NCBI RefSeq assembly: GCF_006345805.1
Contig: NC_043008.1
Coordinates: 57,288,001 to 57,352,000 of the forward strand
Source: Octopus sinensis
Taxonomy: Eukaryota
Direction: 5' to 3'
Length of the DNA: 64,000 nucleotides
In this document: in pieces, positions 36,480 through 64,000 of the stretch
Position numbering within the stretch: position 1 is the stretch's first letter
Layout: every line of letters starts with the position of its first letter
Notes under the pieces: model-generated
What the model saw: the letters and a program-made list of their open reading frames with translations, nothing else
The model's database searches: none
What the model was told of the DNA's origin: nothing
Program-made: the position numbers and the translations under genes

Positions 36480-37033
36480 ATACAGTACAGCATCTTAGAG
36501 CAGTGGTTGGGGAACTTTTTTCAATTACCCCAAAATATATTTACACCAACGCTAACATACATCATCTCGAAAGAGTCCAAAAGCTGGCTACCCGCATGGT
36601 TCTTGGTCTCAAGAATTTGTGTTATGAAGAAAGGCTGAAGACGCTCGACCTTTATTCTCTAGAAAAACGACGATGCCATGGTGATCTCATTCTTGCTCAC
36701 AACATCATAAGCAGAAAGTGTAACCTCTCAAAAGAGCTGTTCTTCACTCCTGTTCCAGAACGTCGGCTGCGGGGTCACTCAGAAAAGCTCTATCAGCGAC
36801 GATTTCATCTTAATCGAAGGAGAGGGGCTTTCTCCATCCAGGTTGCGGATCTGTGGAATAAGCTGCCGGACGAGGTAGTGAAGATGCCGACGACCGCTCG
36901 GTTCAAAGTCTCCCTTGACCACAAATGGCCTGAACTCTTTGCATGAACACCACCCTGTACATAACTCCATGTCCACCTACATGGCCTTGCTTTTTGTTTT
37001 TTGAGCCAAAAAATTAACTTAACTTAACTTAAC
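36480..37033 (+). mobile_element. CR1-type LINE 3' end with (AACTT)n tail
   Basis: HLERVQKLATRMV...LEKRRCHGDLI...LWNKLP; stop at 36946. Confidence 0.9.
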
Positions 37034-37188
37034 CCCCTTGATTTGAAAAAAATCAGATTCTTTGAATTTGAAAGGTTTATTGAAACTATGAGAATCTATT
37101 TGTTAGGCCACTATGTGAAAATCTTAATTTCTTTCCTAATTCTGTTAATGGAGTATCACTTACATGTATTTTAGGTTTAGGTAAACAC

Positions 37189-37771
37189 AGAAGGTAATAA
37201 TTGTTTTCTCTCTGTGGTAGCAGTCGCAAAACAGTATGGAAGACAAGGATGAGAGGGTTGATGTCAGGCAACTTCATCTCTGGTCCTGGTTTGGTGGAAT
37301 TTTTTATATTCCACCTAAAGAGACAAATAGGGCTGGAGAGGAGGTGCCTGAGTAAGAAAGTGTTTGATGAAAGATGGAAGAATGTCATGTATAAAAGGTC
37401 TCTTGTGGATGCAAGATAAGCCAAAAAAACCAAGGTCATGGGGTTATGGGGTCCATAAACCCATCCCATTCCAGTTGTTTAAAAATATCCGTTGTGTTGT
37501 TTAATCATTTGTTTTATATAAAATTATGTTAAATTTTTATCGACCCCAAATTGCGCTTAAATGTAAAATCCATTCATTTTATATAAAATCATGTTAAATT
37601 TTTATCAACCCCAAATTGTGCTTAAATGTAAAATCCATTCATTTTATCCATTCGTTTTATATAAAATCACGTTAAATTTTTATCGACCCCAAATTGCACT
37701 TAAATGTAGAATCATCCATCATTGTATCGTCCATTCCATGTATGTCCTTATGGATAATAAAAAAAAAACCA
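37189..37771 (+). mobile_element. 5'-truncated Tx1/L1-type LINE 3' end
   Basis: VWKTR...LVEFFIFHLKRQIGLERRCLS...FDERW resembles Tx1 ORF2 C-termini; ends TGGATAATAAA plus poly(A); 16-bp direct repeat AGGTTTAGGTAAACAC (37173-37188 / 37772-37787). Confidence 0.72.
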
Positions 37772-38029
37772 AGGTTTAGGTAAACACTTATAGGCTGTTG
37801 TATTTTCTTGCATACAAGTCTGTGTAGAATATAACCAAAATATGTAAGTATAAATATTCCAACATCATTAACTTTCCAAATTCTGCAGCAATTCACATGA
37901 AATTTTTGGTCCTCCAAAGAAGGTGAAAAAGTGTGAAGTCAATTACCTTCTTACAAGATGGGGAGGAGGGGATTTGGGGATGAAATGTTCCACTTCTATG
38001 CCAGAAAATACAGTAATTTTAATACGATA

Positions 38030-38262
38030 TTTACTCTCTCTTTTACTCTTTTACTTGTTTCAGTCATTTGACTGTGGCTATGCTGGAGTACCGCCTTTAG
38101 TCAGGCAAATCGACCCCGGGACTTATTCTTTGTAAGCCCAGTACTTATTCTATCGGTCTCTTTTGCCGAGCCACTAAGTAACAGGGACATAAACACACAA
38201 GCATCGGTTGTCAAGCAATGCTAGGGGGACAAACACAGACACGCAAACATACACACACACAC

Positions 38263-38299
<37 letters not shown>

Positions 38300-38462
38300 G
38301 ACAGGCTTCTTTCAGTTTCCGTCTACCAAATCCACTCACAAGGCATTGGTCGGCCCGAGGCTATAGTAGAAGACACTTGCCGAAGATGCCACGCAGTGGG
38401 ACTGAACCCAGAACCATGAGGTTGGTTAGCAAGCTACTTACCACACTGCCACTCCTGCGCCT
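38030..38462 (-). mobile_element. SINE family A
   Basis: Complete structure. Confidence 0.92.
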
Positions 38463-38771
38463 ATATTACAGAGAATTTTTTTTATCAAAGTCCATCATGT
38501 GTCACTTAAACACCTGGGGATGTCCTTGTTACCATTCTTGCGAGATTTGCCAAAATTGACATAAAATGAGTAAGAAAGTCCAAGGGAAATGAAGTCAGAC
38601 TGCAAAATATAGGACTTAACACAGGTGGACACAATATAGAGTAGTACGGAAATTTTCAGTACTGCAGATTCATTCAACCAACAATACAAGTTGAGAAAAA
38701 ACATTAAAATGATAAAAGCTAGCAGTGTTTTGTCAGTCATGCTATCTTATTTGTGTCATTAGAGTGCAGCT

Positions 38772-39205
38772 ATCATCATCATCATTGTTCGACCGTGGTT
38801 GAGACAATGGAATTCACTATGCCACGCCAGACTTCACAGTCCATCATAGCATCACGGAGGTCCTGTTGCTGGATGCCTGTATCCCTGGAGATTACATCAG
38901 GGTACGAGAGTGTGTGCCCTCTGGTATCGCGAGCAGATGGCTTCCAGAGGAGAAGAGTAGAAATTACCTCGTTTTCAGCTCTACAACAATGTCCAGCAAA
39001 CTGGACTCTCCTACCTTTCACAAGAGATGACACAGGTGGTAATTACCCATATATTTGTACTTTGGTTGGATGACGCTTCCACGAGAGGTTTTGAGCTCTC
39101 ATAAGGAGGCAAGTGTAAGTTCCATCCAACCGCCTCTCAAGCTTCTTTGATAACGTCCAGGTTTCTGAGCCATATAGGAGCCATACTGTGAAACTGCTCT
39201 AAAGA
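38772..39205 (-). mobile_element. RTE-type LINE 3' end with (TGA)n tail
   Basis: LLYGSETWTLSKKLERRLDGTYT...RRVQFAGHC...WRGIV; stop at 38782. Confidence 0.88.
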
Positions 39206-39209
39206 GGTT

Positions 39210-39384
39210 ACTTTTACTCTTTTACTTGTTTCAGTCATTTGACTGCAGCCATGCTGGAGCACGGCCTTTAGTCAAGCAAATCAACCCCAGGACTTATTCT
39301 ATTCTCTTTTGCCGAACCGCTAAGTGATGGGGACGTAAACACACCAGCATCGGTTGTCAAGCAATGCTAGGGAAACAAACACAG

Positions 39385-39419
<35 letters not shown>

Positions 39420-39579
39420 ACAGGCTTCTTTAAGTTTCCGTCTACCAAATCCACTCACAAGGCATTGGTCGGCCCGGGGCTATAGCAGAAGACACTTGCC
39501 CAAGATGTCACGCAGTGGGACTGAACCTGGAACCATGTGGTTGGTTAGCAAGCTACTTACCACACAGCCACTCCTGCGT
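39210..39579 (-). mobile_element. SINE family A
   Basis: Complete structure with a small tail deletion. Confidence 0.92.
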
Positions 39580-39724
39580 TAGTTGAATAAATCGCCCCAT
39601 CATGTATCACATACACCTGCAGTGCATTGGCAACACCACAAAAGTCCAAACACAAGTTCTCTAGCTGCCTTGCTATTGTCCGACAAGCTCTTGATATCAC
39701 CCATCCATTACATTCTCTGCCTGC

Positions 39725-40102
39725 TCTTTACTGTTTTACTTGTTTCAGTCATTTGACTGCAGCCATGCTGGAGCACTGCCTTTTAGTCGAGCAAATCAAC
39801 ACCAGGACTTATTCTTTGTAAGCCCAGTACTTATTCTATCGGTCTCTTTTGCCGAACCGCTAAGTAACAGGGACATAAACATACCAGCATCAGTTGTCAA
39901 GCGTTGTTGGGGGAACACATATATATAAATATATATATACGACAGGCTTCTTTCAGTTTCCGTCTACCAAATACACTCACAAGGCTTTGGTCGGCCCGAA
40001 GCTATAGTAGAAGACACTTGCTCAAGGTGCCACGCAGTAGGACTGAACCCGGAACCGTATGGTTGGTAAACAAGCTACTTACCACACAGCCACTCCTGCG
40101 CC
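39725..40102 (-). mobile_element. SINE family A
   Basis: Complete structure. Confidence 0.92.
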
Positions 40103-40251
40103 TTTTTTTTTTTTTTTTAATCTACACTTCCTTCCATGACAATGTTTTCTAAACTTCTTTGAATATAGCCTTAATAAATGAGCTTTTGTTTTTTACACAA
40201 TGTCCATGAGTTATCTTTCACCTACCTGTTGTAACACCCATTCAGGTGTCC

Positions 40252-40430
40252 AACGATCCTCGGGCGCAATGCGTAGCCGTATTTCCTCTGCCGTTACGTT
40301 CTGGGTTCAAATTCCGCCAAGGTCAACTTTGCCTTTCATCCTTTCGGGGTCGATAAATTAAGTACCAGTTTCGCACTGGCGTTGATGTAATCGACTTAAT
40401 CCCTTTGTCTGTTTGTCCCCTGTATGTTTA
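40252..40430 (+). mobile_element. SINE family B
   Basis: GGGTTCAAATTCCGCCAAGGTCAACTTTGCCTTTCATCCTTTCGGGGTCGATAAATTAAGTACCAG core. Confidence 0.85.
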
Positions 40431-40674
40431 CGAGACTCATAACATTTTCCTATACACCGACATTTCAAACATTGAACAAATTTGAAGAGAATATAATCAG
40501 AGTCCGTGCTTTGCAACCATAAATATCAATTGGCCAAAGGAGTGCTCACACTAGGTTTTTATTTTTCATCCACCACTCTTATGGCTAAAATAAAGACCAT
40601 ATGTATTTCATAACTTCAACTATTCATCATTGCTTCTAGTCTGGCAAACAGCAGTATCCCTCTCTCTTTCACAA

Positions 40675-40822
40675 GTTTCCGTCTACCAAATCCACTCACA
40701 AGGCTTTGGTCAGCCCGAGGCTATAGTAGAAGACACTTGCCCAAGGTGCCATGCAGTGGGACTGAACCTGGAACCATGTGGTTGGTAAACAAGCTACTTA
40801 CCACACAGCCACTCCTGCGCCT
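40675..40822 (-). mobile_element. SINE family A, 5' half only
   Basis: GTTTCCGTCTACCAAATCC...CAGCCACTCCTGCGCCT. Confidence 0.88.
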
Positions 40823-40974
40823 ATTGAATTCCTTAAAACCACATACCACCATCTTCAGAGAAAGGTGAAAAAGACTTGAAAACGTAAAACAAAAATCGTT
40901 TGATTATAATTTGAACTCAATGTAAAAATATGTATATAAATACTAAAAGTTATTTGAAATTAGGGAAATGACTC

Positions 40975-41305
40975 CTCCGTGGACATATTTACAAAGTCAG
41001 AAAACAGCACAGCTCCCATGACCTCAGGAAACATTTTTTCACGCTGAGAGTTGCTGAAGCATGGAACAAACTGCCGGCATCAGTTGTTAGTTGTCGGAGC
41101 ACTGCATCCTTCAAAACTTCCATGCTTTCTGAGATTCGCCAACACTACACCTGATTTTCTCCCCTCCATACACACGGAAGCAGGTATCCGACTCATACAC
41201 TGTTCACTTCCCAGACATTTGTACATTACTGCATATACTCTGACAAGTTGTGCTGCACCTGAGCACTGTATACAATAATTTCATTATTATTATATTATTA
41301 TATAA
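40975..41305 (+). mobile_element. CR1-type LINE 3' end (same family as 35940-36213)
   Basis: YKVRKQHSSHDLRKHFFTLRVAEAWNKLP; ATT-rich tail. Confidence 0.9.
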
Positions 41306-41396
41306 TACGACTCTCATACGACTGTTAACTGGATGGAAATGGAATGATGGTGAAGCCAACGACAATGAAAAGAAATAAGGCGTTTGTATTTCATTT

Positions 41397-41411
41397 TTTA
41401 TTTATTTTATT
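41397..41411 (-). terminator. Probable GAPDH polyadenylation signals (three closely spaced AATAAA)
   Basis: TTTATT on + at 41397-41402, 41401-41406 and 41406-41411, about 125-135 nt past the stop codon. Confidence 0.6.
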
Positions 41412-41534
41412 TGTAGCAGGCGTCAACTGCCTTTATCTGCTTAAGCAATCCTCTAAAAATGAAGATGGGACCACTTTACAAGACATAAGAAAGACTACAT
41501 GTGAGCAAAAAGTGAAGTTACTGGGAACCATCAA

Positions 41535-55417
<13,883 letters not shown>

Positions 55418-55773
55418 CTTGTTTACAGACTGGAAGAAACAAGAAAATATAAATTAATATTTTTAAATATATCATTAGTGTTTCAAAATTAGTACATGTG
55501 AAACAAAAGATTAACATTGTCTTTGTAAAAAGCTTTTATTTGTATCCACTCAAAATAGACTTGTGTACATGAGCACACATGCCCGTACATACACACGTAT
55601 GTGTGCATATGCATGCACACATGCATATGTGTGCGTGCATGCATATGCAAAAAAGGGAATTCTTTCTGGAAAGTAAAGGGAGTCAAAGTAAATATATTTA
55701 ACTTTTTTTTTTTTAACTATTGATCACCAAAAATCAAATCAGAGTTAAAATCTAATCAATGCAGTGGTAAAAT

Positions 55774-56128
55774 CATCATCATCAACGTTTAGCGTCCACT
55801 TTCCAGGCTAGCATGGGTTGGACGGTTCAACTGGGGTCTGGGAAGTCAGAAGGCTGCACCAGGCCCAGTCTGATCTGGCAATGTTTCTACGGTTGGATGC
55901 CCTTCCTAATGCCAACCACTCCATGAGTGTAGTGGGTGCTTTTTATGTGCCACCGACACAGGTGCCAGACGAGGCTGGCAAACGGCCACAGTCAGATGGT
56001 GCTGTTTATGTGCAACCGGCACGGAGGCCAGTCGGGGTGGCGCTGGCAACGGCCCCATTCGGATGGTTCTCTTACGTGCCCCAGGCACTGGTATCACAGC
56101 TACAATTTCCATTGATGTTGATTGATTT
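55774..56128 (-). mobile_element. SINE-like family D
   Basis: Aligns with 47330-47641. Confidence 0.85.
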
Positions 56129-57386
56129 CGATTGATCATCAAAAGTCAAATCAGGTTAAAATCTAATCAATGCAGTGGTAAAATAAATTTAGATAATGCT
56201 GTCATTTGATATTTTTTCTTGGTCAAACTTTCCTGAGTGCGTAATTTACAAGTGGCATCGACAGCCCGAAAATCAATATCTATCGCCAGAATCAATCCAA
56301 CAAGTAGCTGTAAAAGCAGAGTGATTAAGGGTCAAAAATTTTGACCATAGTTACAAGTATGGCCATGTTGTAAAAAAGTTAACTTCTCAGCCATGTAGTT
56401 TCAAGTTCCACTACCCGGCATATACGAAAAGAGTCCTCTACTATAACCCTGAGGATCTGGTAGAGGGGAGGCTGAAAGAATCCGTGCGCACATGCATGCA
56501 TTTTCCCCCACCCACAGCTTGACAACTTGTGTTGGTTTGTTTATATCCTCATAACTTAGAAGTTTAGGAAAAGAAACCCAATAGAAAAGTGCCAAACTTT
56601 GAACAAATTGACCCCAGAGCTTATATTTTAGCTAAACACCCTTCAAGGCCCCAACTATGTTTTGATGGTATTCTCAGGTTTCTTGGCAGATTTTCTAAAA
56701 TTTAAATAAAAAAAAAAACTTTACATACATTTTCAAGAAAATACAAGCCACAAAAACACCTGAACAAACATGTAATAACTTCAATAATGAAACGCAATTT
56801 TATTTGATAGCAACAGAGTTGAGATGGATTTTTCTTTTTAACAGAACATGCACAACTAATAAACTCCAACTTCACACAAACACTTTTTAATGAAATTTCA
56901 ATTCAGGAAGCTCAAAAGAAGCAAACAACCAAAACATAAGTCTTGTTACAAATTTTAGATCAGGAAACCAACAGCTCCAAACATTTAAAGTTAAAATAAG
57001 TTTCTGAAAATGGAATGAAAGATTGTGGTATTCATGCCTTTCGTCATAAGCATTAGTATAAATAAAGTGAAGTGAAATAGTTTCAAATTGAAAATAAAAA
57101 CAAAAAAAACTAAAACCTGAAGCTTATCAGCATATCGCCGTCCAGACATTTGTACATTACTGCATATACTATGTGCACTTTTTGACAAGTTGTGGTGCAC
57201 CTGAGCACTGTATACAATAATTTCATAATTTTTTTTATCAATGGTGTCAATGCAATTTCATTTTTAAAATACAAAATTATCCAACTAAATGTAAGAATCT
57301 CCCTGTTTATATTATTTACCGATTCCCACAAACACCATCATACGTCTAATCAATTTTTGAAACTATGAACAAAGCCAACTATAGTG

Positions 57387-57424
<38 letters not shown>

Positions 57425-57968
57425 AATTTTAAATTTCAGATAAATGCTGAATTCCTATTTCAGCAGTGTTATTGAACTCAAGGGAACAATACATTCCAGC
57501 AAGATTGGAAGAAAAGACTGGTTTTCGTAATTAGCAAAATCCTCATCTAGGATTGAGCTGGTCAAAGTCTTATAACACTTTGACTGAATCACTTCTAAAA
57601 TTTAACAATGCAGGAAAAAGGTTAAACATTAAGTGATTCATATAGGTTTGGCCTTGTAAGCTTTCATTTAAGAAATAATTTCAATGACTGTACTTTCTCA
57701 AGTGTATCAACTGCCCATAGTTTTCACTTCACTTTTCTGTACACACACAGCTATTAAATTTAATATAGTGAACATTAAAAACAGGAAAATGTCGAGTTAG
57801 AAAATGAATACAAATTAAAAAGCAATGTGTTTTAGATTTTATAATACAGGAGCCACTGATGTTTAAAAATCCAATAACATGTTTACAGATTTTTTAACGT
57901 GATTTTTATACATCAATATACCAGCTTAGCAACTCTCAGACTTTAGAAAAATCTAACATTAACAAAGC

Positions 57969-58400
<432 letters not shown>

Positions 58401-60417
58401 TACTAAGAGATATGGTGTCAATAAATTACACATGCAACAGGAAAAAAAACATTCAAGATTTAAAATAAAACAATTATTAGTGCCCAAATATTAAACAGTT
58501 TTAATAATGCTTGCATGGAAAAGGTAAAATTTAGTTATAAGTCTAGCTTACAATTATATCTTATACGTAAAGGTCATATCTGAATTTAAGTGAAAGTGCA
58601 GGCCACAATTTTGCATGTTTGTGGTTGAAATACTGCAGATGAATACAGTTTTTAAGAGAGAGATACAGAATATTGTTGCTGTTTCTGAAGTTTCTTGTTG
58701 GCACCGAACAGAACAAGCTCTCAAGTAACAATAAACATGAGAATAATTTTAAAGTAATCAAGTAAATTTTTTTTTTTTTCAGTATATATGTCTTTAACAT
58801 TTTTTTTACTGAAAGAAAAAACTTTAAAAGTATAGATCAAATTACTGAGAAAAGATTAAAAAAAAAAAAAAAAAAATTTACCTCGGTAAGGAAATACGGA
58901 AAAAGTGGGGGATTAAGTAGCAGAAGATGGGGTAAGGGAGTAATGGGGTATTCAGTCGCACCTCATGAACAAGATTGCAAAGGCCATCACCACAGAGAAT
59001 GACCAGCAGCACTTGCTGCATCAGCTGTCCCATCTCCTGTGGCTCATTTCTCAAACAGGACAAAGTTATCCTGATTTTGAAGAGGAAAGTGTTTAGGAGG
59101 AAAAAAAAAATATAGGGATGTGTTCTCGGGGAAAAAAACTTATAAGAGTAAAATTCTATTTTTAATTATTTTGGTAAATATTCATGAAGCTCGATTTGAC
59201 CAATCTTCAGGAAATGATTCACCAAGAATTGTTGCTCCCCAAAATTATCCCAGATGGTTCAACATGAATTCAACCTAAAATAAATTTATGCAAATGTATT
59301 TCGGAAATTATTAAACTTAGATAAGCCTAAGTATAATTGCAATGAATTTTTAAGAAACTGCTGTATATGTGCAAAAGAATGAGGAATAAAAATTCATCCT
59401 ATATCCTAATCTTACATGCCTAATTTTGTCTATCTATATATATATACACACACACACACATTTATATTCCCAGGCCTATTCCCCATTTTTTAGGAGGGGA
59501 GTAGCCACAAGACACACCAGGTATCCCATTCATTTCCCAGCTCAAAGAGGTGAGCCCTGTTCTATGCTCGGGTCAAGGCATATAACAACCCCCAATATCA
59601 GCATATATATATATATATATTCCAATAAGGAGAGGATATTCTTGAAATGGTAACACTATATCTAGAACATTCTGAAAACAAGATACAGAAAGACATTGCA
59701 AGTGCACCAAATAGCTTCTCTAGCTCTCAGATGTACAATAGTCTTAAACTTTGGCCATAAAGGTTTCATCAATTAAGACTGTTCACTTTTGTTTGTGTTT
59801 AAGCCCTTCCAAGTGTATCACTGGTCTACATGTTAGAATGCTTATGGTAGGTGGAGGGAGAGGGGCTTATATACATAGAAATTTGATCATTTTAATTTTA
59901 CAGTGTTCAACATTTTAATGTTTCCTGTTCAGATGCAATCCAGTTAAGGATTTTTTTTCTACCTTCCAGAAACAACATGGTACAGTCATTAAGACGATGA
60001 GAGAGAGAGATAGTTGTTATATTGAGTGGGTTGTCTCTCTTCATGGCAAAGAAGGGTAACAATTACGTTAGAATGGCCAATAGAGAAACATTAAAATATA
60101 GCAGTAATAAAACATCATAATGTTACATGAAAAAATTACACATATCATATAGAACCAAAAGTGCTAAAAAATGTTTCTATGATTCCCAAGGGTAGTGGCA
60201 TTAACTTATGAGTAGTCCATTGCTGCTTTCTCCATTCTTCAACTCATTTTCTCTTATTTGTTTTAATTACTAGCCTTGTCAGGACACTGACATCATCAAT
60301 AGTCGAACAGGATAGGAATCGAACTCAGATATGAGAACCAAATAGCATGGCATTTTGTCTAACATTCTACCCATTCTGAGAACAGCTACCTTCTAGAATT
60401 TATTTATATATATATAT

Positions 60418-60449
<32 letters not shown>

Positions 60450-61940
60450 ATATATTAGTGGTTTATACTAAATGCAAAGTCAGCATCAGAAGTCTGATCA
60501 GTTTAACAGACTGATTCAAGCTTGATAAATAGAAATTTTTAAAATGAGGTAGACATAACAAGGACATCACAAAACTATAAACAATTTGGAGTTTGGTTTA
60601 TGAGGGTGGAATGGAGTAAAAAAAATTGCTAAAAAGATTCCATAACTTTTAATTCAGTTTAAGGAAACATACTGGAAAAGTACCTCCATACTGACAATAA
60701 CAGTCCCTCCCTTAGAAAGGAAACACAGAAAATTAAGACAAGTGCAACAGTGAAGAAAGTGATAGCATTATGAAAGAGCCAATTCACAGACTAGACAGAA
60801 TACAGGGATTTTGCTCCATCCTTGAATATTATTTATGAAAGGGAAATCTACCTAAATTAAGATTTAATTTTAAAATTAGCAGACCAGAAAATCAAATAAG
60901 CTACAATTTAAAGCTTGTCAGCCACAAGATCCCAAGTACACCATAGAAGTGCTTCCCACAACTACAGGTGTTATGTATTATAAAAGCTTGTTGCTACATT
61001 TAACTCAGACATTTCAAACCAGCATGCAGTTTTTATTTCATCTAGAAACTCGGCAATTCATTGCAGATACCTACCACAGGTACAATTTCACTGGCTGGTT
61101 TTTGTCCAGATACCTTAGCAAAAAATAAGGTCACTCAACATGAACAGTGCAAGTGTGATAAGTATCAAACTATGAGACATTCCATACATTAAAAAAATAC
61201 ACTTAAAACACACTTAACTGCCTGTATTTTAGTGTAAATGGTACCGGACCTTACAAACAACAGTTTAAAACAAAAGAGAGCAATAACCTCACGTATTTTT
61301 AGCCAAGGCCTATCTTATGTAACTCAACAAGTTACTTTAAAACAAAGTCAAAATTGCAAAACCTTATTGTAGTTAATCAGAAGTCATACCAGGTTTTCTA
61401 CATAATTGATAATGTTGACACTTGACAACTGAGACAGCTTTAGCTATATTAGTGGATCTGTTGGAGTTTACTATCTCAAATGGATGTTAAACAATGATGA
61501 TACAGGTCTATAAATTATATCTAACTAATACTAAATTTTAGTTATTGACCATCCAGCCTATTTGGATAAAGTTCTTCAGCAGCATATATCTTTATCAGCA
61601 GCTAATCTGCTCTCATTCAAAGCAATGGAAAATTATTAAAGTTTAAAAAGGAACTGGTTCTGATTTCAAATCACATCAGAATGGACAATGTAAATGTAAT
61701 ACATGGGTTCCTTCAACCACACCTTTTAACATTAAAATATTTTCAAAGACATCCGATTTATATTCCAGAAAATACACACACAAATTTGGGTGGTAGTGGA
61801 TATGACATGCAAAGAATCCTCAACTGAAATCTACTACTTAGTTGGAGAAGGAAAACATCTGTTAGCAACATAAGAAATTAAATTTTCATGTTTAGGAGAA
61901 AATCCGATCTATTGTATTGGTGTATAAGTATATAAAGGAG

Positions 61941-62260
61941 CAGGTATGGCTGTGTTACTCAACCAAAGTTACAGTGCCACTGCATGGCACCTTGAGCTAG
62001 TGTCTTCTACTATAGCCCTGAGCCAACCAAAAACTTGAGTAGATTTGGAAGACAGAAACTGAAAGAAGCTTGTGTGTATGTGTGTGTGTCACCATCACTT
62101 CACAATCGGTATTGTTTTGCTTATGTCCTTATCACTTAGTAATTCACAAGAATCTGATAGAATAAGTACCAGACATTAAAAATGTACTGGGGTTGATTTA
62201 TTGCACTAGACCATTCCAGGTGGGTGCATCAGCATGGCTGCAATCCCATGACACAAGTAG
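61941..62260 (+). mobile_element. Aged SINE family A relative
   Basis: AGGTATGGCTGTGT...GTGTCTTCTACTATAGCCC...GAAACTGAAAGAAGC. Confidence 0.65.
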
Positions 62261-63307
62261 AGAGAAAAGATACAGTACATATGGAACACAATTTTTTTTT
62301 AATTTTTTTGTGTACACGATTCTGAGATCAATCCAGGCTGCAAGAGTTTTTTTTTCTGCCACGTTCCAAATTCAACAAAAAGCCTTGCAAGTGAAACTGG
62401 GAAGACACTGTATGACAGACCACCAGATGAACCACACCTGTAATTAGTGTGCAGTTGTCAGTCCCCACACTCAACATTCACACTGAGTAGGTAGTTGCAA
62501 TGACTTGTCAAAACCAAACAGCTATATCTATATATGTACCTATATCCTGGCTTACAGCCAGAGATCCAGCTGACAAAGAATGTCAGTAGACCAACTCTAC
62601 TTAAGGAGATCTAAGACTGGCAACAAGAGCTAATGTACTTTATACCTAGTATTGAGTACTCGTTCAGTTACTAAATTCCCTGTTAAAATGTGTGTTTAAT
62701 TACTAGCATTTTAATACATATTCTGAAAATGTTTATGAATGGCGGTGCCCCAGCATGGCCACAGCTCGTGAGCTGAAACTAGATAAAGTGATGAATGATA
62801 AAAGTAGGTGACCCCCTACATTAATCAACGCATTAAATTGCACTTGATACAAATTGTGATTTCTCATTTAGGTAAGAGGCCAGAAATTGAGAAGCCTATC
62901 CTTATAGGCTTTGATGCATTAAACTCTTTCCCTACTCCCCACCTAAAAATGCACTGCTGAAATAATAGTTGTATCTAATATGCTCGTGCGTCTTTTAAGC
63001 CATGATACAATATGCTGACAACTCAGCCATAATACATTTAGCAGCCATCAAATTGGGAAACTGAGGGAAGGGAGGTAACTTTGGATAGCAATGACATCAT
63101 GGTGTTATTTGGTTCAGCACTAAAATCTTGATTTCCTCAGTACACTCCATACGTACTACATAATATTAATTTATTATAATTTACAACTGGATGATGTAAG
63201 AACGTTAGCTTAATGTCTACGTGAATCACTGAAACTAATAACCATCTTAAAAACATACAGAAAACAAGTTTCATTTTATTTTCTATTCTGACTTGAAAAC
63301 AAGGTTT

Positions 63308-63695
63308 GAGTGGCTGTGTGGTAAGTAGCTTGCTTACCAACCACATGGTTCCGGGTTCAGTCCCACTGCGTGGCATCTTGGGCAAGCGTCTTCTGCTAGA
63401 GCCCCGGGCCGACCAATGCCTTGTGAGTGGATTTGGTAGACGGAAACTGAAAGAAGCCTGTCGTATATATTTATATATATATATGTGTGTGTATGTGTTT
63501 GTGTGTCTGTCCCCCTAGCATTGCTTGACAACCGATGCTGGTGTGTTTACGTCCCCATCACTTAGCGGTTCGGCAAAAGAGACCGATAGAATAAGTACCG
63601 GGCTTACAAAGAATAAGTCCCGGGGTCGATTTGCTCAACTAAAAGGCGGTGCTCCAGCATGGCCACAGTCAAATGACTGAAACAAGGAAAAGAGT
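63308..63695 (+). mobile_element. SINE family A, full length
   Basis: Complete structure. Confidence 0.92.
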
Positions 63696-63796
63696 ATCTG
63701 TCAGTTGTCCCAGTTGAAACAACTGGTCCCAATCAATAGACAAAGTGATGATGATCATATGTAAAGAGCAATTTTCTTCTCTACAAGACCTTAAAT

Positions 63797-63952
63797 GCAC
63801 CCACTACACTCACGGAGTGGTTGGCGTCAGGAAGGGCATCCAGCTGTAGAAACACTGCCAGATCAGACTGGTGCAGCCTTCTGGCTTCCCAGACCCCGGT
63901 TGAACCGTCCAACCCATGCTAGCCTGGAAAACGGACGTTAAACGATGATGAT
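63797..63952 (+). mobile_element. SINE-like family D, 3' part
   Basis: GGAGTGGTTGGCGTCAGGAAGGGCATCCAGC...CGGACGTTAAACGATGATGAT. Confidence 0.85.
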
Positions 63953-64000
63953 AAATTCTGGGTTCAGTTCTACTATGCAGCACCTCAGGTCAGACAAGTG

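Noticed and set aside
58876-59060. CCGAG|GTAAAT donor at ~58880 as the end of GAPDH non-coding exon 1
   Set aside because: The adjacent sequence looks like a decayed retroelement fragment next to a poly(A) run, with no promoter features. Cannot be excluded without transcript data.

Overview
AT-rich, microsatellite- and transposon-dense animal genomic DNA. It is probably an octopus; that rests on my recollection of the SINE families and is not verified. There is one 100-N assembly gap (11673-11772). One intact protein-coding gene is fully reconstructable: GAPDH on the minus strand, with 10 coding exons (55417 to 41535), all GT-AG, a 1008-nt CDS and a 335-aa protein with GINGFGRIG and ASCTTNCL motifs. 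Its non-coding first exon was not found. The rest is at least five SINE families, LINE fragments (Tx1/L1, CR1, RTE, R4/Dong, CRE), Tc1, mariner and Tigger relics, hAT/piggyBac-type MITEs, a non-autonomous Helitron and simple repeats. Most long ORF-track hits are microsatellite translations. No CRISPR array or prokaryotic system is present. The main observations are: (1) a decayed, intron-containing second GAPDH copy at 17.3-21.3 kb whose exons lie on both strands; (2) a ~5.6-kb inversion (about 17671-23280) that explains both that strand switch and an R4-type reverse transcriptase split between consecutive motifs, with microhomology and a 25-26 bp duplication at the left breakpoint; (3) an ORF1-only Tx1/L1-like element sharing a 19-nt identical 3' end with a SINE family; (4) a minimal Penelope-type hammerhead ribozyme motif; (5) a 72-bp-TIR element enclosing CR1 fragments; (6) a foldback element with a telomere-motif core. 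All alignments and counts were done by eye.
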